Below are positions 41,274 through 51,400 of a stretch of 64,000 bases of DNA, piece after piece (position 1 is the first letter of the stretch; each line of letters starts with the position of its first letter). A model generated the notes under the pieces. It had not been told where the DNA came from and made no database searches. It saw only the letters and a program-made list of their open reading frames with translations. Position numbers and translations under genes: made by a program. The stretch is from Defluviitaleaceae bacterium. Its GTDB lineage: Bacteria; Bacillota; Clostridia; Lachnospirales; WQUN01. Location of the stretch: contig WRLD01000001.1 of the NCBI GenBank assembly GCA_009777845.1, positions 120,177 to 184,176 of the forward strand, written 5' to 3'.

Positions 41274-41556
41274 TGGAATGCGGATTTTCGCGGATTTTTT
41301 CTTGTGCAAACTGCGTTCTAGGTCTTTATTTGGAGCTTACAAAAATATTATAGATTAAACACGGATTTGGCGGATTTACGCAGATTTTCGCGGATTTTGT
41401 CTGGCACGTTTTTTTATCCGCGTAATCCGTGTAAATCCATTAAATCCGTGTTTGATACCCTTTAAAAACCTACGCAATCCGCAATCCGTAAGTTTTGAAT
41501 AAACGCAAGAAAAAATCCGCGTAAATCCGTTAAATCCGCGTAAATCCGCGTTCCAT
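41274..41556. mobile_element. Family A element, copy A-5 (283 bp) with nested inner palindrome (41357-41454)
   Basis: The left end is TGGAATGCGGATTTTCGCGGATTTTTTC and the right end is AAAAAATCCGCGTAAATCCGTTAAATCCGCGTAAATCCGCGTTCCAT. Confidence 0.7.
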
Positions 41557-41596
41557 TGATTTTTTTACATGCCCCATACAAGAATCATTCCCACTC

Positions 41597-41625
41597 TTGA
41601 CAACTAGGTTCTATACATGTAGAAT
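41597..41625 (+). promoter_or_regulatory. Sigma-A-type promoter of blaI with an overlapping TACA/TGTA inverted repeat (candidate BlaI operator)
   Basis: TTGACA (41597-41602), a 17-nt spacer and TAGAAT (41620-41625). TTCTATACATGTAGAA spans the spacer and the -10, with a TACATGTA core palindrome. Confidence 0.55.
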
Positions 41626-41671
41626 ATGAATCAATGAACCACCAACAGCAAACCAAAAGGGGGTCGCCACC

Positions 41672-42046
41672 ATGCTTCCCAAGAAAAAACTGCCCGATGC
41701 GGAATTTGAAGTTATGAAAATCATTTGGAGCAATCCGTCGCCCATTACCACATTGGAAATAATGGGCAAGCTGTCGCCTGTCAAAAAATGGAAACAGCAG
41801 ACCGTACTTACCATGCTCGTACGCCTTACGGAAAAGGAGTTTTTGCAAACTAGCCGTATAGGCCGCGAACGCAATTACACGCCCATTGTCAGAGAAGCGG
41901 ACTATATGCAAATCGAAATCGAGGGCTTCGCGGACAGATATAGGGGCAACTCGCTAGGAAGCCTAGTCAAGGCCTTGTATGACGGCGACAACCTCTCGGA
42001 GCAAGAGGTCGTAGAGCTTCGGGCTTGGCTGGAAAGTAGGGGGTGA
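41672..42046 (+). CDS. BlaI/MecI/CopY-family transcriptional repressor
   Basis: LPDAEFEVMKIIWSNPSPITTLEIMGKL...WKQQTVLTMLVRLTEKEFL..RIGRERNYTPIV is the winged-helix penicillinase-repressor pattern. Confidence 0.85.
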   Translation: MLPKKKLPDAEFEVMKIIWSNPSPITTLEIMGKLSPVKKWKQQTVLTMLVRLTEKEFLQTSRIGRERNYTPIVREADYMQIEIEGFADRYRGNSLGSLVKALYDGDNLSEQEVVELRAWLESRG

Positions 42047-42050
42047 TGTC

Positions 42051-43223
42051 ATGGCACAAAATGCTTTAACCTTCCTTTCGGTTTCGCTTACTATGTCCGT
42101 TTTAATTCTGTTCGTATCGGTGCTTAGTATGCTGTCGTTCCGCTGGTTTCAGCCAAAGCATAGGTACGCCGTTTGGCTAGTTGTGCTTGTGGGCTTTCTT
42201 GTTCCGCTTCGCCCTGTGTGGGGCGATGGGCTGTTTAATATTCCTGTTTTTGCCATTTCACAGGAAAGCTCCGCGCTAGTCACAATATGGGCGGTCGCGG
42301 CGTTTGCGATTTTTGCGTACCATTCATGGCGGTATCTTCATTTTAAGAGAATTGTCAAGCGTTGGGGCAAGCCAGTCACAGACGAGCAGGCACTCGCCCT
42401 GTATAACGCCATAAAAAAGGAAAAAGGGCTGGAAAACAAGGAAATAAAGCTAATTGAGCTAGAATTTGTTTCCACGTCTATGCTTACAGGCTTTTTCAAG
42501 CCAGTTATTATTTTACCTGCCAAGCAGTTTTTGAACACCGAGCTGGAAATGATTTTCAGACACGAATTGATACATTATAAGCGCGGCGATTTGTATGTAA
42601 AGCTGCTGTCGGTCGCCGCGGTCGCCATTCATTGGTTCAATCCGATTGCGTACTGGCTAAACAGCACGCTGCAAACCGAATGTGAAACATCATGTGACGA
42701 AGCCGTTTTGCAGGACATTGGCGAGGAAAACAGGCTGTATTATGCCGAGCTAATAGTAGAAATGGTGGGCAAGAAAAAAAGCTCTACGCTTTTTTCCACC
42801 TGCTTCTACGGCGGTAAGCGAAGCCTAAAACGGCGTTTGGACTGCATTTTGGAAACCTCAAAAAAGCTAAAAAAGCCTGCTTATGCCGCGTTAGTGATTA
42901 TTATTATGTTTTCTGCGTTATCTGGCTCGGTTTTTGCGTTTTCTGCCATTAGCCCAGCCATAACGCCTGCGTACAGCTACGACCTAACCGACCGCAAGGT
43001 CACGCCGCTAAATCCGCCTATAAATAGCCTTACGGCGGCGGAAATAGCCATGGCGGCGGTGTCTGCACTGGAAGAACACGGCGTGCTTGACGAGGTTGAC
43101 CTTACCTTTAAGGGCGGACAATGGGTCTGGGAGGTAGAAGTAGACTTTGAATCCGACCTCGAAGCAGAGGTTAGGCTTGATATTGTTACAGGGGAAGTAA
43201 TTTCCATTAAATGGGACGACTAG
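42051..43223 (+). CDS. BlaR1-type M56 peptidase signal transducer lacking a PBP sensor domain (PepSY-like C-terminus)
   Basis: It has TM helices and the zinc site FRHELIHYKRGD (HExxH). At 390 aa it is too short for a transpeptidase-like sensor. The C-terminus is ...EVDLTFKGGQWVWEVEVDF...VRLDIVTGEVISIKWDD. Confidence 0.75.
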   Translation: MAQNALTFLSVSLTMSVLILFVSVLSMLSFRWFQPKHRYAVWLVVLVGFLVPLRPVWGDGLFNIPVFAISQESSALVTIWAVAAFAIFAYHSWRYLHFKRIVKRWGKPVTDEQALALYNAIKKEKGLENKEIKLIELEFVSTSMLTGFFKPVIILPAKQFLNTELEMIFRHELIHYKRGDLYVKLLSVAAVAIHWFNPIAYWLNSTLQTECETSCDEAVLQDIGEENRLYYAELIVEMVGKKKSSTLFSTCFYGGKRSLKRRLDCILETSKKLKKPAYAALVIIIMFSALSGSVFAFSAISPAITPAYSYDLTDRKVTPLNPPINSLTAAEIAMAAVSALEEHGVLDEVDLTFKGGQWVWEVEVDFESDLEAEVRLDIVTGEVISIKWDD

Positions 43224-43277
43224 GGGGCATTGCCCCTTTTCTACGGCGGAGTGTTGTGGGAATATCGTCCCGCAGAG
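43224..43277 (+). repeat. Family D element, copy D4 (short, divergent 3' half)
   Basis: GGGGCATTGCCCCTTTTCTACGGCGGAGTGTTGTGGGAATATCGTCCCGCAGAG begins immediately after the TAG of the BlaR1-like gene. Confidence 0.65.
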
Positions 43278-43284
43278 TAGATAG

Positions 43285-43815
43285 GATAGAACGCGGATTT
43301 ACGCGGATTTAACGGATTTTCGCGGATTTTAAAAACATTAAACACGGATTTACGCAGATTACGCGGATTCGTTCGTGCTTCTGCTGTGCCTCGCTCCCTC
43401 TGTGCCTCTGTGCCTCTGTGTGAAAAAATCTTTTAACTAAAAAATGGAAGTTATACGCTTTATCTGCGTTCATTATTTGTCAAAAAGATTTTCACACAGA
43501 GGCACAGAGGCACAGAGGGCGAGAGGCACAGCAGACAATAGCGTACGTATTTAGAGGCAATCAAACACGGATTTACACGGATTTACGCAGATTACGCGGA
43601 TTTTATCGGGCGGAGCGGATTTTCGTAGATTTTCCCACGAGCCAATCCGCGTAATCCGTGAAAATCCGTTAAATCCGCGTTCCATACCCTTAAACTACCC
43701 CCTTACAAAAAAATATCCACGACACTCCGCCCACTCCGTAGAATCCGCGGAAATCCGCCAAATCCGCGAAAATCCGCGTTCCATGCCTCTAAAATCCGCC
43801 AAACCCGCGTTCCAT
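43285..43815. mobile_element. Family A element, copy A-6, with nested B4 and extra right-end copies
   Basis: The left end is GATAGAACGCGGATTTACGCGGATTTAACGGATTTTCGCGGATTTT. Right ends CCGCGTTCCAT occur at 43685, 43794 and 43815. Confidence 0.65.
43381..43534. repeat. Family B hairpin element, copy B4 (loop in B2 orientation)
   Basis: CTGCTGTGCCTCGCTCCCTCTGTGCCTCTGTGCCTCTGTGTGAAAAAATCTTTT...AAAAGATTTTCACACAGAGGCACAGAGGCACAGAGGGCGAGAGGCACAGCAG. Confidence 0.8.
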
Positions 43816-43851
43816 TACCTTTAAAAAACCATCTCATAGGAGGAATTTAAA

Positions 43852-45204
43852 ATGAAAACCAACCCACAAACCACCCCAAAAAAATATTTTTTGCTCTTTG
43901 CCGCAATCACATGTATAATAGGTATTCTATCGGGCTGTAACAGCACGCTGCAGGACGATGGCTTTACGGGCGAATATTTCCCCGACGGCGTTTATTCAAT
44001 CACCACCGCAGGGCGGTACGAATTTTCCGGCGATTACAGAGGACAAATTTTTATCGAAACAGGAAGAAACGACATAGTAGAGCTCGTATTTGATAACTTC
44101 TCTCTGCACAACCCCGACGGCGCGGCGATTAACGCGCCAAACTCGCGCAGGGTAGAAATTTACCTAACAGAGGGTACAGAAAACTCTGTATCAAACGCCG
44201 TAGGCTCTCGCAGAACCACACAAACCGATGAGGATTCCGTAATAGATGCGGTATACGTAAACAACGACCTAATTATCAACGGAAGCGGCACGCTAAACGT
44301 AACCAGCGCGAGCCGTCATGGACTGCGTTCGCAGGACTATCTCACAATAAACAGCGGCACGCTCAACATACAGGCCGCAGGCAGCGGCTTGCGCGGGCGT
44401 GACGGCGTTACGGTAAACGGCGGCACGATTACCATAAACGCGGGCAGTGACGGAATACAGTCGAACCACGCCACCAATCCGTCACGCGGCTTTGTGGTAA
44501 TAAGTGACGGCACGCTTGACATAACCGCCATAAGTGACGGCATACAGGCGGCTACCCGCGCCACAATCAATGACGGCAGTCTGCGCTTTATCGTAGGCGA
44601 TGACGCTATTTCCGCGGCCGAATCCATTGTTGTAACAGGCGGCAATATAGACATAGTAAACGCCTCCGAGGGCTTGGAATCGAAAAACATCACCATTTCC
44701 GGCGGCGACATTAGCATTTTTAGTATAAATGACGGAATAAACGCGCGCGACGCTTCGGGCGAGGCACATGTGTTTGTACGCCTGCTAGGCGGAAATGTGC
44801 GCGTGCAAACTCGCCGCGACAGTATCGAATCGGACGGCTTTATCTATGTAGAGGGCGGCACGCTGCACGGTAGCGGCTTGTTTGTGGGGGAAAGACCCGC
44901 AGGGCAGGTCATGCTTACATCTGGCGAATTTATAAATACTGGCAACACGGTAAATATTTCGGCGGAATCCACTCAGCCAAACATGACATTCCACTTCCCG
45001 TATTACCAAACCGAGGATACACTGCTAGAAATCAAATCCGCAGACGAGGAAACGCTTCTTTCTTATACCGCGCCAAATACCTTTGCCAGAGCGGTGGTTT
45101 CCTCGCCCTCCTTTGAGGTAGGCACGACATATCAGCTTTATCTCAATGGGGAAAAAATAACGGAGTGGGTTTTTAGTCAGATTAACGAGGAATTAACTTT
45201 GTAG
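43852..45204 (+). CDS. Lipoprotein with Cthe_2159-like carbohydrate-binding beta-helix domain
   Basis: The lipobox is GILSGC. Repeated G-x-L-x-I / DGI segments (ITTAGRYEFSGDYRGQIFIETG..., INAGSDGIQS, ITAISDGIQA, SINDGINA) are as in PF14262-type proteins, by recollection. Confidence 0.5.
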   Translation: MKTNPQTTPKKYFLLFAAITCIIGILSGCNSTLQDDGFTGEYFPDGVYSITTAGRYEFSGDYRGQIFIETGRNDIVELVFDNFSLHNPDGAAINAPNSRRVEIYLTEGTENSVSNAVGSRRTTQTDEDSVIDAVYVNNDLIINGSGTLNVTSASRHGLRSQDYLTINSGTLNIQAAGSGLRGRDGVTVNGGTITINAGSDGIQSNHATNPSRGFVVISDGTLDITAISDGIQAATRATINDGSLRFIVGDDAISAAESIVVTGGNIDIVNASEGLESKNITISGGDISIFSINDGINARDASGEAHVFVRLLGGNVRVQTRRDSIESDGFIYVEGGTLHGSGLFVGERPAGQVMLTSGEFINTGNTVNISAESTQPNMTFHFPYYQTEDTLLEIKSADEETLLSYTAPNTFARAVVSSPSFEVGTTYQLYLNGEKITEWVFSQINEELTL

Positions 45205-45223
45205 TAACACCGCAGAAAAAATG

Positions 45224-45447
45224 ATGGAACGCGGATTTTCGCGGATTTAACGGATTTTCGCGGATTTTTTCTAACCTTTATTAAAAGCTAACGCAACACG
45301 GATTTAAAGGATAATTAAACACGGATTACACGGATTTACGCAGATTTCACGGATTCAAAAGTACGCCCGAAAGAATCCGCGGAAATCCGCCAAATCCGCG
45401 AAAATCCGCGTTCCATGCCCTTAAAATCCACTAAATCCACGTTCCAT
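45224..45447. mobile_element. Family A element, copy A-7
   Basis: ATGGAACGCGGATTTTCGCGGATTTAACGGATTTTCGCGGATTTTTTC...GAATCCGCGGAAATCCGCCAAATCCGCGAAAATCCGCGTTCCAT ends at 45416. An extra degenerate end reaches 45447. Confidence 0.7.
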
Positions 45448-45479
45448 AAATAACACAAAATCTGTAGGGGGTCTTTAAA

Positions 45480-48400
45480 TTGTTAAACAAAAATCGCCAC
45501 ATAGCGTTATTTCTTGCTCTTTTTATGCTTTTATCTTCTACGCTTTCCACCATGCCTATTACCGCGCTTGGCGACACCGCCAAGCAAACCATACTTATCA
45601 ACCAAGTCTACGGACAAGGCTCGCCAGGGACGAACGCCATATCCCACGGCTTTATTGAGCTGTACAATACGACCAACAAGGACATAGAGCTGGACGGCAT
45701 GTCGCTACAGCTATCAAACGGCGGCGATGACTGGCATGTTCTGCCCCTCACCGACCAGGTAATCCCTGCGTTGTCCTCCTTTTTGGTGGTAAGCACAGAC
45801 TGGTACAACGACAATTCCCGTAGCGAGGCCGTGCACGCCGACGCGCGCGAGCATCGCGTACGCTATGTAATAGAAGCCTACGATATGGAATGGGACGTAC
45901 AATTCAGCAACTCTCAAATGTCCGTAATCCTCGCAGAGGGTCACGAAGCCCTAGAGCTTGACAACAAGGGCGTAATAACGGAAAACGAACGCGTAATCGA
46001 CCTAGTAGGCGCGGTAAGCACCTCTGGCGAAATAGCCAACTCTATGAAAAACCCTGCCTCTAGCTTTTCGCGGCAATCGTCCCTACGCAGAATAAACCTG
46101 CAAAACACAGGCGACAACGAGGCAGACTTCGAGCGCGTAGACTTTAGGCTACCGTCAGACGAAAGCTATGACGTGTCCGCCTATGTAACCCCCGAATGGA
46201 ATATATTACCTGCACGAAACGAAAGCGGAATAACCGATAACCAGCTCGAAAGCCTACGCCCACGCTATAGCGGAGATGGCGAATGGTCGGGCGTAGCCGT
46301 GCCTTTGTTTGCGGTAAGCGTAAAGGGTACTGCCGCGGAGCAAACCACCATAAGCCCTGCCGAGGCACAGCCGCAGGGTACGCCTATCACCGTAACGGTA
46401 ACGCCTCCGTACGGTCAGCACTTCGCCGCTGATGCAAACTCGAAAATAACCGTGCCTGGCTTGATGGGCTTTTTAGGGCTAAATAACTTTAGCGTAACTG
46501 TGGCGGCCGATAGACTTTCCGCCAGCGGCGAATTTATTATGCCTGCCAAGAATGTGGAGCTTACAGTTGATGCGAGCTTTTCTGCTAATCACATAGAGCC
46601 GAATGTACTTATTAACCAAGTTTACGGACAAGGCTCGCCTGGGGCTAACGCTGTTTCGCACGGCTTTATCGAGCTGTACAATCCCACACATAGCAGTATC
46701 GACTTAAACAATTATTCCCTGCAAATATTAAACGGTGCGCGCGGCTCGGGCGGTAGCGGCACGCTTGCGGACGATTTAGGCAAGTGGCTAGTGCTTCCTC
46801 TGCGCGGCGAGGTAATTCCTGCGCGCTCGTCCTTCCTTGTGGTAAGCACAGACTGGTACAACGACAATTCGCGCTCGGTATTGCTTCCGCAAGAGGTACG
46901 CAACCACCGCGTACGCCACGTAATCCGCGACTGGGACTTGGCGTGGGACGTTCCCATGAGCAATAATCACCTATCCGTAGCACTCGTACGCGGCGACAGA
47001 CCGCTATCCAACGGCAACAACGAAGTAACAGCGCGAGGAACAGCCGCCGCACAGGCGACATTCTCGCCCGCAGGTACTCACCCCTACCAAACGCCCATGA
47101 CTATGACCGTAACCGCGCCCTTTGGCAAGCAGTTTGCCGCACAGGCAGGGGACGTAATCCCCCTACGCGGCGCGGCGGACGTTAGCCTGCGTGTAGAGCC
47201 GAACAGGCACACCGCTATAGGCCATTTTAATATGCCAGTAGGCGGCGGTAGCTTTACCATAAATCAAGACCTATTCGAGGACGTAAGCATTGAGCCGAAT
47301 ATCATTATTAACCAAATAGCCAACGATTTTATCGAGCTGTTTAACCCCACCGACCAGACCATTTCCATGGGTAGATACTCTCTGCAAGTGTTTAATGCGG
47401 ACGAAAACGCATGGCGCGTAATGCCGCTTACGGCGAGGAGTATTCCCGCGCGCTCGTCATATTTAGTCGCACATCACGACTTTGACGGCAAGGCGGATAT
47501 GCGTACACATAATATCTTTGCCAGCCCTATGTCTGTAGCGATTGTACACGGCACGTCTGCCCTGCTACCGCAAAACGGCGTTACGCTCGCGGAGCTATCA
47601 CGCTTGGTAGATTATGTAAGTGATGCCGATTTTTCGGAAAATACATCTATTAGAAGGAAAGACTTTCAAAATACACGCAATAATTCTTATGACTTCGAGC
47701 AAATAGACTTTAGGTTACCCACTGAAGCCGTAAGGAACGCAAGGCCGCGTACTACCGCGGACGGCGCGTATACTACGCCCTCGGCGTTGACCGTTGACAC
47801 CGCGGACATTATGATTAGACAAATAAACAATTCGATAGAGCTTTACAACCCCACTAATCAAGCCATTGCCCTTGACGGCTTCTCGTTGCAGGCTTTAGGC
47901 AATAATACATGGCAGGTTTTGCCCCTTGCGGAGCAAAAAATCGCCGCACGTTCCTCTTTCCTAGTAGTAGGAAAGGACTGGAAAAACGACAATTACGATA
48001 TGGAATGGGAAATTGAGCTAAAAAATATAGTCGCGGCTCTAGTGACAGGTGACGAACCGCTGCAAAACGCAGGCGGAATAATCGAGCCGTCACAAATGCC
48101 GCGCGTAGCCGCTCTCGCGGCAGACACCGAAGGCCCCGACACGCCGCACTACAGCAAGGACGGCGCATGGCAAGCAGTAGCGACTAGCCCAAAAAGCAAC
48201 GTAATAGACCCCGAGGAAGAATGGCGGATTATCGACCTGGTAGGCGCGGTAAACGAGCCTGATATTATACCCAATTTTTGGGGAGAAGGCCCTGCCACAG
48301 GCATATCTCGTAACGTAGCCATACGCAGGCGCGGCAGCTTTAGAAACACGCACAACAATAGAACGGACTTCGAGAGAATCGACTATAGGCTTCCCTCAGT

Positions 48401-51400
48401 AGGCGAGGACACGACATTTTTCGACTTTGACGACAACTGGGGCTATATTTCCCCTGCGAGAAATTCCTCGGGAATAACGGAGGCAAGGCTTTTGCGGTTT
48501 ATGCCGCGCTTTACTGGAAGCGGAGCTTGGCCCGACGACGACGACGACCAAATCGTTATGCTTATTATCAATGGCTCTGACATGGCGAGAACCAACATAC
48601 ACCCATCTAATTCCGAGCCGGTAGAAACCAAAATGACCGTAACAATAACCGCGCCCGAGGGCTATCGTTTTGTTGCTCCTGCGGGTACGCCCTTGGTAGT
48701 GACAGGCATGGAGGATGTGGAAATCTTTGTCACAAGCACGCGCCTTTCGGCGGTGGGTACGTTTGAGATGCCTAGGGGCGGCGGTACTATTACGGCGGTG
48801 GTAGAATTTGAGCCGTTGCCAGTGCCTACGGGCGCGGTCGTAGCAGGCTTAACCATAACGGACGTAGAAGCGGTCGCAAACGATAGCTACAACCCAACCA
48901 TATCCCACTTCACAGGAACAACTGGCGTGTACGGCCCTGCTCTACGCCTCACCGCATGGGACGACAATAAGCAGGTACTAATCGGCACGGCAGGTACAGA
49001 AAGAACACCAATAGTATTTAATAACGCGTCACTATTAGCAGGAAACACATGGCGGCCTGCATGGGACACAAGCATAAATCACGCCCCTGCGTTTCAAATA
49101 AGAGTGCCGACCTCTGGCTTCAAGGACTTACGCTTGTATACGTCACAAAAATCTACAGGAAGCGGCCCAGACGAGTTTGTTCTTGCGTACCGCGTAGGCA
49201 GTGAGGGCGAATTTACGCATATACCCGACTCTACGGTAAGACCGCACCGCATAGGCAACGACACCTATTCGGCGTTACAGTCCTCGTACTGGGATTTTGC
49301 ACTGCCCGAGGAGCTGGATAATCAGCCGATAGTATATTTGCGTGCGGTATTTTCTGGTAGCGGCGAGCTAGAACGCGCAGGAAATACCTCGATTAACGAT
49401 ATTGTGATTCGCGGCACGGTCATGGACGATGTAAAGACCTTTATACTAAACCCAAACCCAGTAACCATAAATAACACCCATCTGTACGCAGAGGTGGAGG
49501 CGCTAGGCTCGGCTGTGGACGATATTTCTATAGGCGAATGGTCGCCGCCATTGCCCGAGGGCGTTACCGTAGACCTCATAGACGACGAATTGATTATTAT
49601 TGAGGGCGTGCGACCCTTGGCAGGGCAGCCCGATATAATAGGCACGTATAGAAATACAGTTACCCGCGAGGGCTTGACCACCGAGCTTGTGGTAAACGTG
49701 AATCTTACCGCGCCGCCCGCAGGGATATTATTGGCGGAAATAGTAGAGCGTTCCTCACGCGCTACAGCCATAAACACAAATATACCCGAGGAATCCTATT
49801 TTGGGGCTACTGGCGGCTTTTATTGGAATACGGCGCGGCTTACCGCGTGGGACGATAATACGCAAATTCGCATAGGCACGACAGACAGGGACAGAACGCC
49901 CATAGTAATAGAAAATAATGCCATGCTAGGCACTAATGACTGGCGTACCGCTCGTGATGTCGGGCTTATGAACGCGCCCGCGTTTCAGCTACAGTTTTCT
50001 ACAGAGGGCTTTACTAATGTGCGTTTTTACTCCTCGCAGAAGTCTACAAACAGTGGGCCGGACGAATTTATTCTCGCGTACCGTGTAGGCGATGTGGGCG
50101 ATTTTATACCGCTTCCCGATTCCTCTATCCTTACCTACCGTGATGTCGCAGGCGACAACACATACGCGGCACTGGAAAGCTCGTATGACGATTACCTTCT
50201 GCCCGAGGATATGTTTGACAAGGAAACGGTTTACCTGCGCGTAATTTTTAACGGCGTGACAAGTCTAATACGTAACGGAAATACCTCGATTAACGATATA
50301 GCCCTTTACGGCGATTCCTTAGGCAAGGTGCTAATTCTTACGCCGAACCCCGCAACACTTACTGACGATAGCCCAAGTGCTACGGTAGAGGTAAGCGGCG
50401 TGGGCGATGCAGATATTACTATAGGCGAATGGTCGCCGCCGCTTCCTAGCGGAGTAACGGCGCAGGTCGTGGGCGGCTCGATTGTCATAAACGGCATACG
50501 CCCTGTCAAAGGCGAGCCGAATATTTTGGACACCTTTACTACTACGGTTACATGTGACGATATAACCGCGCCGCTTACGCTTCATGTTAATCTTACCTCG
50601 CCGCCCACTGGTTTGATTTTGGCTTCGCTGACAGAAACGTCACAGACTGCTACGGCGGTAAATAATTCTACGCCTGCGGAATCCCATTTTGTGGGTAACG
50701 GCGGATTGTTTGGCAGTGACTTTAGGCTTACGGCGTGGGACAATAATACCCAAAGGCTAATCGGCTTTGCGGGTACGGCAAGAACGCCGATTGTGTACAA
50801 TAACGCCTCACTGGCAAGCACGAATCCATGGCGTACCGCGCGTAATATCGGCATACTAAACGCGCCCGCGTTCCAAATGAGCTTTAAGACAACTGGCTAC
50901 GAAAATATCCGCTTCTCCGCTTCCCAAAAGTCTACGGGCAGCGGGCCTGACGAGTTTATTCTTGCGTACCGCATAGGCGATACTGGCCCATTCACAGAAA
51001 TTCAAAATTCTACCATGCGGCCTGTGCGTGTTACCAACGACACCTACGGCGCGTTACGGCCGACCTATACCAATTTTGCGTTGCCAGTCGAAGCAACCGA
51101 CAAGGAAACCGTTCAGCTACGCGTAATTTTCAACGGCCCAAGCAACCTAGCGCGCGGCGGTAATACGTCTATTAACGATATTATTATTTACGGCGACGAA
51201 ATTTCCCAAAGATTTAGCCTAACTGCGGTGGGTACGGCGGCGGCGCAAACCGCCTTTTACCCCACCACGCCGCAGTCCGCAAACATGCCCACCACCATTA
51301 CCGTAACCGCGCCAGTGGGCAAACGCTTTGCTTCAAGTGACCCAATCGCGGTAACAGGGGCGGTGTCCGCCGCTTTGCAAGTAGCGGCCAACCGCCGTAC

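Noticed and set aside
41274-41556. Cluster of DnaA-box-like sequences or iterons (TTATCCGCG, AAATCCACA, AATCCGCG) suggesting an origin of replication.
   Set aside because: The boxes differ from TTATNCACA at two core positions. They occur at more than 12 loci rather than one, and no dnaA, dnaN or rep gene is nearby. They are repeat-family arms.
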